In this document: piece after piece, positions 1 through 13,195 of the stretch
Layout of the letters: the number at the start of each line of letters is the position of its first letter
Numbering within the stretch: the stretch's first letter is position 1
NCBI RefSeq assembly: GCF_006345805.1
Contig: NC_043008.1
Coordinates: 49,786,001-49,850,000 of the forward strand
Direction of reading: 5' to 3'
DNA: 64,000 nucleotides
Source of the DNA: Octopus sinensis
Lineage: Eukaryota
Notes under the pieces: generated by a model
Database searches by the model: none
Seen by the model: only the letters and a program-made list of their open reading frames with translations
What the model was told of the DNA's origin: nothing
Program-made: the position numbers and the translations under genes

Positions 1-205
1 CAAGTGAAGACATTACATAATTTCTTTATGTTTTTCTTTTTTTTAGAATGTGTGCTATGCTATTGGTGTTATAAAATACCAGTTTAATCTTATTTCATTT
101 AAAATAGAATAAATTTTGATAAAATAGGTATATTAGTGTGTGTGTGTGTGTATGTGTGCATGTGCATACATATGTGTGTATGCGTGTGTGTTTTAATTTA
201 CTTAC

Positions 206-402
206 CTTATAAGCCTTAGGGTAAGGTAGCTTAATATAACTTGGTTTTTCTTCATCATTCAATTTAAATGTAATTTCAAAACATTTAGGATCTTTTGAAG
301 CTGCCACTTCTCTTACGAATTTCTTGTTAAGAATCATGCGAACTGAAGAGCGATACACCACAGTATGACAAACTTTTACATCCCATATTGTGGCATGAGT
401 AT
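206..402 (-). CDS. Internal coding exon (197 nt, phase 1 to 0) of a secreted/membrane protein, possibly ZP-N-like; gene continues off the left edge
   Basis: Polypyrimidine+AG acceptor (ctttttttctatttgccag), AAG|GTAAGT donor, open frame THATIWDVKVCHTVVYRSSVRMILNKKFVREVAASKDPKCFEITFKLNDEEKPSYIKLPYPKAYK; phase-compatible with the exon at 3836-3890. Confidence 0.7.
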
Positions 403-1550
403 CTGGCAAATAGAAAAAAGGGAAACAAATTTATCTTTGTAACATCTAAAAACTTTTACAATACAATGTGAATAGTTAGTCAACTGTTCTATTCCAATAT
501 TCAGTTATTGGTTTCAATCAGATGCTGTGGCCGAGCTGGTGCACCAGTCTAGTTATTCAAAGAAAACTAGTAAAGAACATGGAAATTGTTTTTGAAAATA
601 ACATGAGAATATGAATAATCATGTAAATTTGGATTCTTTACTAATTTTTTCTAAAGAAAATTTTCTTTTCCCTTTTTGCATGTTTTTTTCATGAATCAAA
701 CTTAAATTTGAATCTAGGTAATTTTTTTAACAACATCCACTCTAATTTCATGACTGAGTGGTTGATGTTAAAGCAGCAGAAAGAGTTACTTAATCACTAT
801 GGTCAAAATTTGTCTACCATTGTCTTTTACATTTCAATGTCCTTTAGATCAATGCTAAAATGCAAAAAGAAAAATAAGAGAGAGAGAAGTCAAAAAGCTC
901 TCAACAAAAGAATAATTTCTCAAATGAAACTTCACCACCTCTACATCATTATTATCCTTGCCATCATCATCCTCGTAACCACCACCACTACCACCATAAT
1001 CATCATCATCATCATCACCACCACCACCATAGCCATCATATGGATGGATGAATGGATGGATGGATGGAAAAGTGTTAAAGGTTTCTGTACAAATGTTATA
1101 TAATTTTTAAAATGGGTAAAAATGCACAGTTACATTAGGAGAAATATGGTAATATTTCATGACAAATTTAATTCATTTAAATCTATCCAATGTTATTAAC
1201 TTACATAACTGGTTTTATCCATTGTAGTTGTGGATTTATAAAGTGAAAGTAGCTATAGTGTTTGCAATATAAAGGGTTAGAGTTTTGTAACTGGACACAC
1301 AACTAGGGTAACAAGATAAAACACAAAATATGAAAGGATATGGCCTTTAGACTGTAAGGTTAGGAAGGGTACATTAGAAATTTGAGTGACAAGATAGGAT
1401 TTTTAAATGAAGGACTGCCCTAGAGAGATTGATAGGCAGATACATGGAGAGAATCAGCAATATAGGTAGATAGATTAATAATTATTCTTTCATGTAAGAC
1501 AAGGAGTGGTTAGTTGAACTTTGGTTTCAGGCTTGTCAAAAATATTTCAA

Positions 1551-1738
1551 AGTGCCTTCTTTAGTAATCCATCATGATTACTAGCAACAATAACCAAATA
1601 GCCCTTATATTTTGGAGTGCCTACTTTGGTAATCCATCAAGATTACTAGCAACAACAACCAAATAGCCCTTATATTTTGGAGTGCCTACTTTGGTAATCC
1701 ATCAAGATTACTAGCAACAACAACCAAATAGCCCTTAT
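1551..1738. repeat. 65-bp tandem repeat, about 2.9 copies
   Basis: Units start at 1551, 1616, 1681 (agtgcctactttggtaatccatcaagattactagc...). Confidence 0.9.
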
Positions 1739-2384
1739 GATAAATACAAAGACACAAACATAGATACACACGTTCATATTTACTCATACACACATACATA
1801 TATTCTCATACACACACACATACATAATGACTTGCACCCATGCACACATGAGTTAATGGTAGATTGTATATATCAAAAACTATGTGAATATATGTGTGTG
1901 TGCGCGTGTGCATGTGTGTCCATACAAGTGTATCCTAAGTTGCCTGAAATTGTTTGTCAATTATTCCAGCAAGGCTTTTATTTCATAATAAATTTTCTTC
2001 CTTTATTTGTTCATAGATGTTACATGGTAGAATCTGAGCATTTGTAAAATGGAAAAATCTTTAAATTGGGTGGTTCCATTTCAGTATAAGTTACTATGTG
2101 TTCCTGTTTCTTTCTTTCTTTTTTTCTCCCCTTATTTCTTGCTTGTGCATCATCAATTGTCCACAAAGTGATAATCCCATCAGTCTGATGCAGTTTCTAC
2201 AGTTTGTTATGGCATAAATTGAGTATAAGAAGTTGCAAGAGAAATTTTATTTTACTTTGAAGACATGTCTGTGCTTAAATTTGAATTCCAAGCTATCATT
2301 TAAGTACAGACATGTACCACAGTTCAGGCTACCACATTTAGAAATCATGGGGTTGGGCAATTGTTTGAAAAGCTTTGCTGAAAG

Positions 2385-3005
2385 TTAGAATATTCTTGTA
2401 AGTCTTTGGTTACCTTTTGTTTTCAATAACAAATTGATTTTCTAGTAATTTTTCCATGTTTTGATTTTCAAGGTTCGTTGTTTTGTATGTAGTTAAATAT
2501 TTCACAATTTCTTGGTTTAAATGTAGAGACATAAAGTAAAACATTTTGTGAGGGGCTTTACTTTTTACTTTTCTAAGAAAATGGAGATATAAACATTTTT
2601 ACTCTTTCTATTCCATTCACAATAAGATTGAATGGAAATGCTCTTTCAATTAGTATTTCTTTCAGCTCTTCCAGTCTGTGTAAATGGCTCATGCTGGTTT
2701 ACCATATGCCACATGGTCATGGCAGATGAGAAGGTATCTCACGTAGATAGAAACTGACTGGGACTATGTTCAACTGGTCACCCAAGAGGACCCAGAAATA
2801 TACTGATAAATGCTAAATAAAGCAGCATGCTGCAACAGCACTTTCCCTCACACTTGATCTGGCCTTTCAGACTTTGATTATGTTTTTTTAACATTTGACA
2901 CAATCGTGCAAATCCTTTCTGCTAAGTTGGAGGGAATGTTTGTTTTTCTTTTTCTTATGTTTAGAATGAAGGATATAAGAAGATATTGTTTGGAATCCAT
3001 GGTTT
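2385..3005 (-). mobile_element. Degenerate Penelope-like element (Poseidon/Neptune-type RT thumb), interrupted by a ~200-bp insertion
   Basis: Frameshifted peptides NIPSNLAERICTIVSN (2885-2940) and HRLEELKEILIERAFPFNLIVNGIERVK (2590-2680) resemble the PLE thumb. Confidence 0.65.
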
Positions 3006-3835
3006 TTGTAAAATTTGACCATTTTACAAATGTTCAGACTCTACCACAGAACAATACAAAATGAATAAAAAAACCCTGCTTGAATGCATGACAAACAATT
3101 TCTTAGACATGGATGTGTGATTTCAGACACACTTCCATGGACTAACACACCCGTATTCATATAGTATTTAGATATAGCATTATACTATTAACCTCTGTGT
3201 GTGTGTGTGTGTGTGTGTGCATCTTAATATGTAAAAGAAAACACTTTTTTTTTAAAGGTACCTAAGGACCATTTGGTGACATTAAAGTGAGAGGAGGTTG
3301 AAGTCTGTAATAGGAATGCTCTCTCTGATGGATTCCTACTTTCTATCTCTCTACCAATTATGATGTTTTAACTGAGATCACTTTCACATTTATGTTACTA
3401 TATTTATGTTGCCTTTGTCTATTTATATTGAAAATAATGAAGAATTCAGTAAAATAATGTAGTTATTTTCAAGCTTATGTTTTAAACTCAAATTAACATG
3501 AAATTTAGATGCCAGGTTTTAATTTCAAGTACTTTAAAACAGGTAGTTACTATCATATAATCAGGTGCAATCTCAGGTGGTTTGCTTTTAAGAAAGTTTG
3601 AACCAAGTAATAGATGAAGTCCACCACCCAAGAATAGGAACAAAAATGAACTCTACAAGCAGCTTCTACAAATCTCCACATATGAAGTTCCACTCCACAG
3701 TCTCTAGTCAGCCTGAGACTACTGTGTAAGACAGTAATCCAAGGTACCATACAACAGAAAGTGTCCTGAAAACAACTTTTTGATCAAACACAGCCATGAT
3801 TGCACAAATAAATATAAAAAACAAAGAGGACTTAC

Positions 3836-3890
3836 TTGTAAAATGGATTAATATGAAGACTAACATACTTGAAAATGATAGCAGTAACAT
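3836..3890 (-). CDS. First coding segment (ATG at 3890) of the same gene; exon probably 3836-4055 with 5'UTR
   Basis: Acceptor ttctgttttctcctttacag at 4056, donor ACAA|GTAAGT at 3835, in-frame stop upstream of the ATG; splicing to 402 gives MLLLSFSSMLVFILIHFTNTHA-TIWDV, a typical signal peptide. Confidence 0.6.
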
Positions 3891-4243
3891 GGTGGTAGAT
3901 GGAATGAAGTGAGTATTCTTAACAAATAGTGGTTTTCCTTCTATTTCTTTGAAGATCTTTTGTAAACAAAGTTGATTAGAATTTCTATATCAAATGTTCT
4001 TAATGATGGGTATTATTAATTTCTTTACTTTCATCTGTTGAACTGTATTTACAAACTGTAAAGGAGAAAACAGAATAAATTATAGCCTTTTGTCAGTTGA
4101 TATTTCAATCCTATAATCCTTTCTAATACAGAAATATATCCTGAAATTTTAGGGGAAGGGACTACTTGATTACATCGTTACAGGGACAACAGCATCGGTT
4201 GTCAAGCGATGTTGGGGGGTGGGGGACAAACATAGACACACAA

Positions 4244-4301
<58 letters not shown>

Positions 4302-5546
4302 CATACATATACATATATATGACGGGCTTCTTTCAGTTTCCGTCTACCAAATCCACTCACAAGGCTTAGGTTGGCTCAAGGCTATAGTAGAAGACACTTG
4401 CCCAAGGTGCCATGCAGTGGGACTGAACCCGGAACCATATGGCCTATTTATTTATTTATTTATTTTGAAAAATTGAAATTTTACAAAATCTTTTCTTTCA
4501 GAACCATAATCTCCATATTTTCCAATGTATTTCGCCAAAAAACATTATTTAAAAAAAAATGGAATTTTATGAAATTGGGTGGGGGGGTTTACAGGGGAGA
4601 TTTAAATTCTGAAATGCAGATTTCTTTACCCTCAATATAGTGTGTTCCTGTAAGAATAAAACACCAAAAAAAATCGCAAAGGGGGTGTGGTCCATGATCT
4701 TTACCTCCGCCAAGATTATGTAACAAATTATGCTTTACACTTTTATATTTAACTTCTGGTGTCTTCTGCCTTTCTATTAGAAACGTTTATCTGAGAATTT
4801 ACTTAAAGTGAAAAATAATTGTATGCAACAGATAAGTTGTCTTAATTACATATATTGACCGAAATCTGTAGTTATGCCTTTGAATCAAACACGAAGAGAT
4901 TTCAGTATAAACTTTCAAAAAGAAACAAAAAATATTCCATGAATCTTCTCAGCTGCAAAAGTCTTTGTACCAATGATGGAAGTTTTTTCTTACCTTTTTG
5001 CTGAATTCACAAACTGACTGGCGGGAATAAAATGACTTGTTAGTTTTCATCTCTGTTCATATATATACACACGTGTGTGTGTGTGTGTGTGTGTGTGTAA
5101 TGTGTGCCATAAATCTCTATCTATCTATCTATCTATCTCTTTCTCTTCCTTCACTGACACTACCCCTTACTTCCACTCCATTTCAAACCATTTCAAACCA
5201 TTCAATTCTTTCATCCCTCACTGTCACCAACTCTTAGACACACCCTTGCACACAAGTCTGTCCTCCATAGGGAATTAAGATGGCATTACTTTCAGTACTG
5301 ACCAGTTCTATACTACATACACCTACGCACACAAACACACACACCCACACACACACATGAACATAAAACCCATTCAATAAATGCTTTTTAGCCACTCTTT
5401 GGCAGAAACACAAAGATTTCTTTTAGACAATAGACACTCCCTCCCTCACTCTCCAGCACTTTGAACTCTGTACCAAATTATATTTAAAGAAGACTTCAAT
5501 AAAAAATCTCTAGACATATTCTTGACCCCGTCCTTCCCCTCCATCC

Positions 5547-5619
5547 CAAATTTTTATAAATTCAAATTTTACTTCAAATTTTTATAAATTCAAATTTTAC
5601 TTCAAATTTTTATAAATTC
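5547..5619. repeat. 28-bp tandem repeat, about 2.6 copies
   Basis: caaatttttataaattcaaattttactt at 5547, 5575, 5603. Confidence 0.85.
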
Positions 5620-5748
5620 TTACTGATAAGATGAAATTCATCAAAACCAATAATATTTTCTTTATGTAATTTAAAAAAATCATTTTTATGAAATTGCCTC
5701 TTAAATTGAAATGTCTTAGACTTACTTCTGTGCTATTTCTACCTCCAT

Positions 5749-5783
<35 letters not shown>

Positions 5784-6069
5784 ACTCTTAGACACACCCA
5801 CACACACAAGACTGTCCTCCATGGGGAATTAAGATGGCCTTACTTTCAGTACTGGTAGCCAAGATCAAAGAAATGTTTGAAGAGCTTCCCAGGGACACAG
5901 TGAAGAACGCATGCACTAGGTTCCAGAGCTGGCCACTTGATTAGATCGATATTTAAATTATCTTATCCTTGTTTATATAAATTTTATATATGTGTGTGCG
6001 TGTGTGTGTGTGTGTGTAGTGAGAGACAGAGAGAAAGAGAGATCAGTTAGTCATCATGACTGATTCACA

Positions 6070-6780
6070 ATAGTTTCACATGATCAGTCTATTAAGCAAT
6101 CAATCGCTTTCAAGTTGTGATATGGTTTAGTCTTCTAGAATATTCTTCTTGCACCCTATAAAAAACTGCTTTGGTATCAAACTCTTTGCAGCTGAGTGAC
6201 ATGTGCCTCCATTCTTGCCATCTGATGTTTCCAGACATTTGCACAGACAACTCTAGGTTCTTGGACAGACCAAACTGAACATTCACACAATGTTTTATAA
6301 GGAACTTCTTCAAATGCTTTATTCTTCTTTCCCAGTCTGTAATTATTAATGTTGTTAGTTGTAAATATCCCATGGTGATCACCTTTGTGTGCAATGGTGA
6401 CTATTTCAGTTAAAATTTCATGGGTTTTGCTTCAATATTCATGCAACCAACGAAATAGATCTTCATTCACCAACTCATCTATATCGATCACCAACTACAC
6501 ATGGTGACACCAACATCATGACTGTTGCTCAATGTTCTGTAAACACTGTAAAGGCTGTAAGATGTGACATGGTCAGCTGCAATGGAGTGTACAAAAGTGT
6601 GGCCAACAGGAAGGGACACAGCAGGCATTCTGACTGCATCTGATTGCCCTCATCTTTGAACAGGGCCTTAGGCTCAATTTGGATGCCTGTATGAAGCTGT
6701 TGAAAACTGTGATCAAACTGATGAGGCTTGCTGCTGGAAGACCATGTGTATAGCAGCAGGATTCGACACTTTGCCATATT
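6070..6780 (-). mobile_element. Degenerate non-LTR retrotransposon fragment
   Basis: GC-richer block with broken ORFs 6110-6394 and 6529-6777; clade not determined. Confidence 0.35.
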
Positions 6781-6781
6781 T

Positions 6782-7060
6782 CTGAAAAGAGAAGTGGTTG
6801 CTGGAGAATTTCTACAACTTTACCAGCTCCAATTTCTGGCTTCCTAATTCACTTGATTGTACTCCCATGGATTACTATGTGTGGGGTTTAGTTGAGAAAG
6901 ACACCAACCACTCTGCCACCAGTACTAAGGCCAACTTGGTGGCCAAGATCAAAGAAATGTTTGAAGAGCTTCCCAGGGACACAGTGAAGAACACATGCAC
7001 TAGGTTCCAGAGCTGTCTTCAGACCATTGTGGAAGCTGAGAGCTGCTACTTTGCATAAAT
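6782..7060 (+). mobile_element. Tc1/mariner transposase C-terminal fragment
   Basis: NFWLPNSLDCTPMDYYVWG resembles the WPPNSPDLNPLDY motif; continues to C-terminal FQSCLQTIVEAESCYF. Confidence 0.8.
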
Positions 7061-7310
7061 TATCATCTCTCAGCCATAACCTAGTTAATGTTTTTTTAAA
7101 ATTTATTTAAATACTTTTATTTTGGGATGGGATATAATGTTTTCTTTTCTCTCAGTACTAACATCCTGTATCATCATCATCATCATTTAATGTCTGTGTT
7201 CCATGTTACCATGGGTGGAACATATATATTTATATACATACACACTCACACATACACGCACCTAGAGAGACAGACAGGCAGGCAGACAGATCAATCAATT
7301 GATAGATAGA

Positions 7311-7354
<44 letters not shown>

Positions 7355-7408
7355 ATATATTATATATATATATATTGATCAAAATAAAAACATGATGCGA
7401 AGGATTCA

Positions 7409-7486
7409 GCGGTACATATGTTTCGGGCCTTTATTAGACAGATTTATAACAATGCATAATGTATGTCTGTGGCCTTCTTCAGCCGC
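7409..7486 (-). ncRNA. Inverted copy of the hammerhead ribozyme
   Basis: Reverse complement of 7758-7835 with a perfect gcgg/ccgc stem I. Confidence 0.8.
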
Positions 7487-7757
7487 GCACAACAGCTTCC
7501 ACAAGGACATGTGTTACATCAAAAATTCTTGGTTGGGGATGCAAATCCTCCCATTCGCGTACGACATAATGCGGCAGCAGCATAGAATTGAAGCGTCCAT
7601 CTCTTATCCATTTTTCCTCATCCTACATTGAGAGAAGAAAGAGATGGACGCTTCAATTCTATGCTGCTGCCTCATTATGTCGTACGCCAATGGGAGGATT
7701 TGCATCCCCAACCAAGAATTTTTGATGTAACACATGTCCTTGTGGAAGCTGTTGTGC

Positions 7758-7835
7758 GCGGCTGAAGAAGGCCACAGACATACATTATGCATTGTTATAA
7801 ATCTGTCTAATAAAGGCCCGAAACATATGTACTGC
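7758..7835 (+). ncRNA. Type I hammerhead ribozyme (PLE-type, palindromic stem III)
   Basis: gcgg-CTGAAGA-aggcc...ggccc-GAAAC-atat-GTA-ctgc; predicted cleavage after 7831. Confidence 0.8.
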
Positions 7836-7937
7836 TGAATCCTTCGCATCATGTTTTTATTTTGATCAATTTACTCCACCACCTACACCACCAAACGGTA
7901 TACACAGGTGCTTATAATTATCAAGTACTCACCCCAA

Positions 7938-7976
<39 letters not shown>

Positions 7977-8211
7977 ATGTAGTAAGAAGAGAAAAATGTG
8001 GATTTAAAAATCCAGGCAAATACCAATAAAGCACTCAGTTTTAAATGAATTTGGATAACTATATCAAACAACAGACACCAGTAAATGCAAGTAGAAAACA
8101 TCCATGTATGACAAGTAGATCTAAATATCCTTTAGAAGAATTTCAAGAAATTCAGAGACAACAAAAATACGTATGGAGAAAATCAGATCTTTAAATGTAG
8201 AATTCACTTAC

Positions 8212-8267
8212 AAAGCTAACAATTGTTTCTATTGTGTTAACATATTTAGACATTCAAATTGATATTT
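8212..8267 (-). other. Candidate 56-nt 5'UTR exon of the minus-strand gene
   Basis: catgtattttcag acceptor and TTT|GTAAGTG donor; stops in all three frames. Confidence 0.3.
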
Positions 8268-8644
8268 CTGAAAATACATGTTTTTTCACTCATAGAGTAC
8301 ATGTGATCATTTGCATATGAGCTGTAAATCATTTTATTAGGAAATTTTGGTTCTGCTTTATTAGTATGTTGGCAGCCACCAAGGAGTACATCATCCAGAA
8401 GATGGGGACATTACATATATGGAAGTTTAAATTTTTTAACCCTGACTGGTAATGCACCCCTGAAACGGCCATAGATGGGACACCCTCCTATTTTTCGGAT
8501 CCTTTTTATTTACTGTTCTTAACCTTGGTATCTTGTGTCACTTTTATCTCATATTTTAGAATGTATTAGAAATTTTAGACAATTTAGAAGATCTGCCAGT
8601 TTGAAGACTGATATTTTTATTCCTATATTTGGACACATAAGAGG

Positions 8645-9693
8645 TGCAGCAATATCAAATGAAGGCTAACTGGGAAGATAGTTTTTGTATGTGGCAGATG
8701 CATGTGTACAAACAGCCATGCTACATGGCAGCAAAACATGGGCTGTGACTGCTGAGGACATGCGTATGCTCGCAAGGAATGAAGCCAGTATGATCTGATG
8801 GATATGTAATGTCAGTGTGCATACTCGACAGAGTGTCAGTACCTTGAGAGAAAAGTTGGACCTAAGAAGCATCAGATGTGTGTGTAAGAGAGACAACTGC
8901 GCTGGTATGGTCATGTGGTGAGAATGGAAGAGGACAGCTGTGTGAAAAAGTGCCACACCCTAGCGGTTGAGGGAACCTGTGGAAGAGGTAGACCCAGAAA
9001 GACCTGGGATGAGGGGGTGAAGCACAACCTTCGAACATTAGGCCTCACTGAGGCAATGACTAGTGACCGAGACCTTTGGAAATATGCTGTGCATGAGAAG
9101 ACCCAGCAAGCCAAATGGGACCATAGTCTGTGGCCTATGCCAGGAGTGTAACCAGCCCATTTATGCATACTTTTCCTCTATTGGATACTAAACTCTGGTT
9201 GCAAAGACCTGTTGAGGTAAGTGAAATTGAAATCAAAATCAAATTCGATGACTGACATCCATGCTAGTGGAGCACTAAGAGCACCATCCGAGCATGATCA
9301 TTGCCAGAGCAGCTGACTGGCTTCAGTGCTGGTGGCACATAAAAAGCACCATTCGTGCATGATCATTACCAGCGTTGCATTACTGGCACTTGAAAAAACA
9401 TTTGAGCAAGGTCGTTGCCAGTGCCACTGGACTGGCTCCCATGCAGGTGGCACATAAAAACACCATTTGAGCATGGCCATTGCCATTACCACCTGACTGG
9501 CCCTCGTACCGGTGGCACGTAAAAGCACCCACTACACTCTTGGAGTAGTTGGTGTTAGGAAGGGCATCCAGCTGTAGAAACTCTGCCAGATCAGATTGGA
9601 GCCTGGTGCAGCCATCTGGTTTACCAGCCCTCAGTCAAATCGTCCAACCCATGCCAGCATAGAAAGTGGACGTTAAACGATGATGATGATGAT
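8645..9693 (+). mobile_element. RTE-like LINE, 5'-truncated, with long 3'UTR and (GAT)n tail
   Basis: LRWYGHV..RMEEDSCVKK..EGTCGRGRPRKTW RT C-terminus; ends gacgttaaacgatgatgatgat. Confidence 0.85.
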
Positions 9694-10035
9694 CAACCTC
9701 CCATTCACTTTGTGCCCCCTATATTTATCATGCATAACTTTTTACATGTAATCCTTATTTATATGTGATTTTATATGTATTTTTATATACTTTTATATTT
9801 CTTCTATATTTTTATTTATGTTTGGTTTTATCCTTTATATTCTTGGAGAATTTTTACGCCTATACATGCATCATTTACATTGATGTATATAAATATATAT
9901 GATTCAATTACATTGATTGAATAGCTTCCTTTATGTGTTCAGGAATTAGGTTGACTGCCTAGAATATGTGTTTTCATTTTCCTCTATTTTGTATTTACAG
10001 CACTCTGTAAATCGCCCATACTTTCTGTAACATAC

Positions 10036-10102
<67 letters not shown>

Positions 10103-10119
10103 ATGTGTGTGTGTGTGTG

Positions 10120-10580
10120 TAAGGGTGGGGGTAGCAGGAACTGTACCAGGTAGCCAAAAGTGAGGCTGGGTAGCAGGTATACATAACCAAGGACGAAGCA
10201 GAAAAGAAGAAGTTTGTCAATGTCCAGCAATCTGAGGACCAAAGAATTGAGGTTTTTTGGATTGCAAGACAGTGTGTGAGAGAAAATTGTGATGTCACAG
10301 GAGAGAAATGTGTCCGCATGGATGATGGTGCATTTGCTTTTAATGATTCGGAAAAGAAAGAGGCTTGGAGAAGCCATTATGAAAGACTGCTGAACATGGA
10401 GAATGAATGGGAGGAGGAGAGCCTGCCAAATGTTGACCCAGTAGATGGACCAGCTATTTGAATAGACAGCTCCCTGGTAGATAAAGCATTTAAGGGTATG
10501 AAGCCAAGAAAAGCCCCCAACCCATCAGGGATCACTGCTGAGATGCTTAAAACATCTGTTGGTGTGGGCTATGGCCTAGA
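10120..10580 (+). mobile_element. RTE-like LINE ORF fragment (EN-RT linker)
   Basis: EKKEAWRSHYERLLNMENEW...; GC-richer coding-like block with stops. Confidence 0.7.
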
Positions 10581-11472
10581 TTTTGCAGGGCATTTAGTGG
10601 AATACAATAGACATTGCTCACTTTGAATTATTGGAAAAAGGGAAAAGTATCACCACAGAATTCTATTTTGCCAACAACTTGAATGTGTCTATCAACTTTT
10701 GCTCAAAACAACAATCAGATCCTGTCAAGGGAGAGGAACTCATCCTGCAACATGATAAATAATTTCAAATTTTGGCACAGGGCCAGTTGTTTTTGAGGGG
10801 AATGACTAGTCAATTACATCGACCCCACTACTTGACTGGTACTTGTTCTATCAACCCCTAAAAGATAAAAAGTAAAGTCAAGCTTGGCGGAATTTGAATT
10901 CTACAACATAATGCATAGTCGCATTCAGTGAAGATAAGCTAAAATTTTTTTTTAAATGGATAAACTCATTGGGCGAGGAAGCTCTGTCTCACCCTCTCTA
11001 ATCACCAGACCTAGTGCCATCTGATGTTTACTTATTTAGATCACTTGGACATTTTACCAGTGTAAAACTATTCAAAAGCAGAGACAGTTTTGAAACACCA
11101 TAAACATTTTCTATTCTGAAGAACCTAAATTTTTGCCTGAGAAATCAGAAAAACTGGTTTAGAAATGGTAAAAATGCTATTCCTTATGATGGCAATTATA
11201 TTTTGAAGGAATAAATATATTTACGATATGAATTATGATAATTTGAACTCATTACTCAAAAGGCAACATTACTTTTTGGTAGCTCTGATATAACGAGGGA
11301 AAAGATTCAAAATAATTAATGATTTAAGAAAGGCTGATTAATAACTTACATTTTGTCTCCAAGAATTTATCTCTTGTTTCCTTTTTTCCTATCTTTTTAT
11401 GTCTCTCCCTCACTTTGTTTACACACACACAAATATATATTACAAATGCATGTGTGTGTGTGTATATATATA

Positions 11473-11518
<46 letters not shown>

Positions 11519-12444
11519 TTTTGTGCTACAAATGAGCTGTATATATATATATATATATGAACTGATTTTTCAAGCAAAAAGAGACAGTGAGACAACCAGG
11601 CAGTTGTTCGTAATTGTGAATGTTTCCAAATTTAGTCAGTTAAAACTGAGGCAAAAGTTAATCCAACTAATTATGAACTTGTCCAATTAAGTGAAATACA
11701 AAAGAAATAACGGATATAAAAGGAAAGGAAAATTAGGATGTTGTTTTTACTGTGTTTTAATAAAGAACAATTACATATACACACACACACATATATAGAT
11801 AAGCATACATGAATACACAGATAAATCCATTATAAATAAAAAAAACACACACCTAAACTCACACATCCTGATACATAATCATCTCTCAAGTGGCTCCGTA
11901 AACCAATCCTTGACACAGCAAAGCTTTCCAGCTGTCTACACTTAATAATTTTAGAGTGTAAGTCATCCTTCCGAATCCACTCCTACTCCTTGGGCATAGA
12001 GTTTGGACCACAGTGGCTCAGCAGGCTAAGACTGCTATGGTGACCAGCAAGCTGTGAGTTTTACATTGGAGTGGCCTTCTCATAAACAAATTTGCCTTAA
12101 AGGCCCAGGAGGTTCCACGAACCCTGTAATTATTTGAAGAGTATCAAAGAGGGCATCAGACTGCCTAAAGGGTTCCACTTCTTGATTGCTGTGAAGGCTG
12201 AATCCCTAAGACACTCACAAGGCAGTGAGGGTTTCTGTTTAGAGTTTCTTCCATAACATGCTAATTAACCCATAGCCGGGATCTTAACAGGTGCTGCTAT
12301 TCCAGGTCAGAGTAGACCTGAGAACTTTAGTGGCTAATAAGTGGTTCCACATCCCTGGGCCCCATTATTGGATTCAGTTTAAGTTCATACCCAGAACATA
12401 CATACACTTACACACACACACACACACATGCATGCATGAATACA

Positions 12445-12479
<35 letters not shown>

Positions 12480-13123
12480 GCTTATGCCTGCAACTATGTG
12501 TGTGTGTTTGTGTGTGTATAAATTTATATGTGCCGGTGGCACATAAAAAGCACCCACTACACTCTTTGAGTGGTTGGTGTTAGGAAGGGCATCCAGCTGT
12601 AGAAAAATTGCCACATCAGATTGGAGCTTGGTGTGGCCTCCTGGCTTGCCAGTCCCCAGTCAAACTGTCCAGCTCATGCCAGCATGGAAAACGGACATTA
12701 AACAATGATGATGATATGTATATATATATCAATAATTAATAATATCAGGGTAATAAAGAAATTTATTTTTCATTCCCTTCGAGATTTTATCCCTGATTAG
12801 TGGTTTGGTCTTTAGCTGTTCCTTTTAGCATAAGGGAATCCTATGATGGATACCTTTTATGTGTTTAAATGTACACTGTATTTATATATATATAAATGCT
12901 AATACACCCACATAGTTACACTTATATATCTACATAAATATATACGCATACAAATACACCTATACTTACATATATATTCAGATATATACACCACCATATA
13001 TACACATACATATGCACATATATAGAACTATACCTCTTCACATATATGAATAAACAAATAAATAAATATGTATACATAGATATACACATATACATATATG
13101 CATATACATATGTGTGTATATAT

Positions 13124-13190
<67 letters not shown>

Positions 13191-13195
<5 letters not shown>

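Larger units (their letters stand above)
7374..7942. mobile_element. Non-coding foldback element: 232-bp inverted arms (7374-7605 / 7639-7870), 33-nt spacer, 72-nt tail, flanked by (AT)n
   Basis: Arms differ at 3 positions by eye; hammerhead core in each arm; (AT)n on both sides. Confidence 0.85.

Noticed and set aside
1205-1302. Candidate minus-strand exon with good splice sites
   Set aside because: Phase 0 to 2 is incompatible with the flanking exons (phase 1 join) and would force an early stop.
1551-1738. CRISPR-like array
   Set aside because: Contiguous 65-bp tandem units without unique spacers, in a eukaryotic genome.
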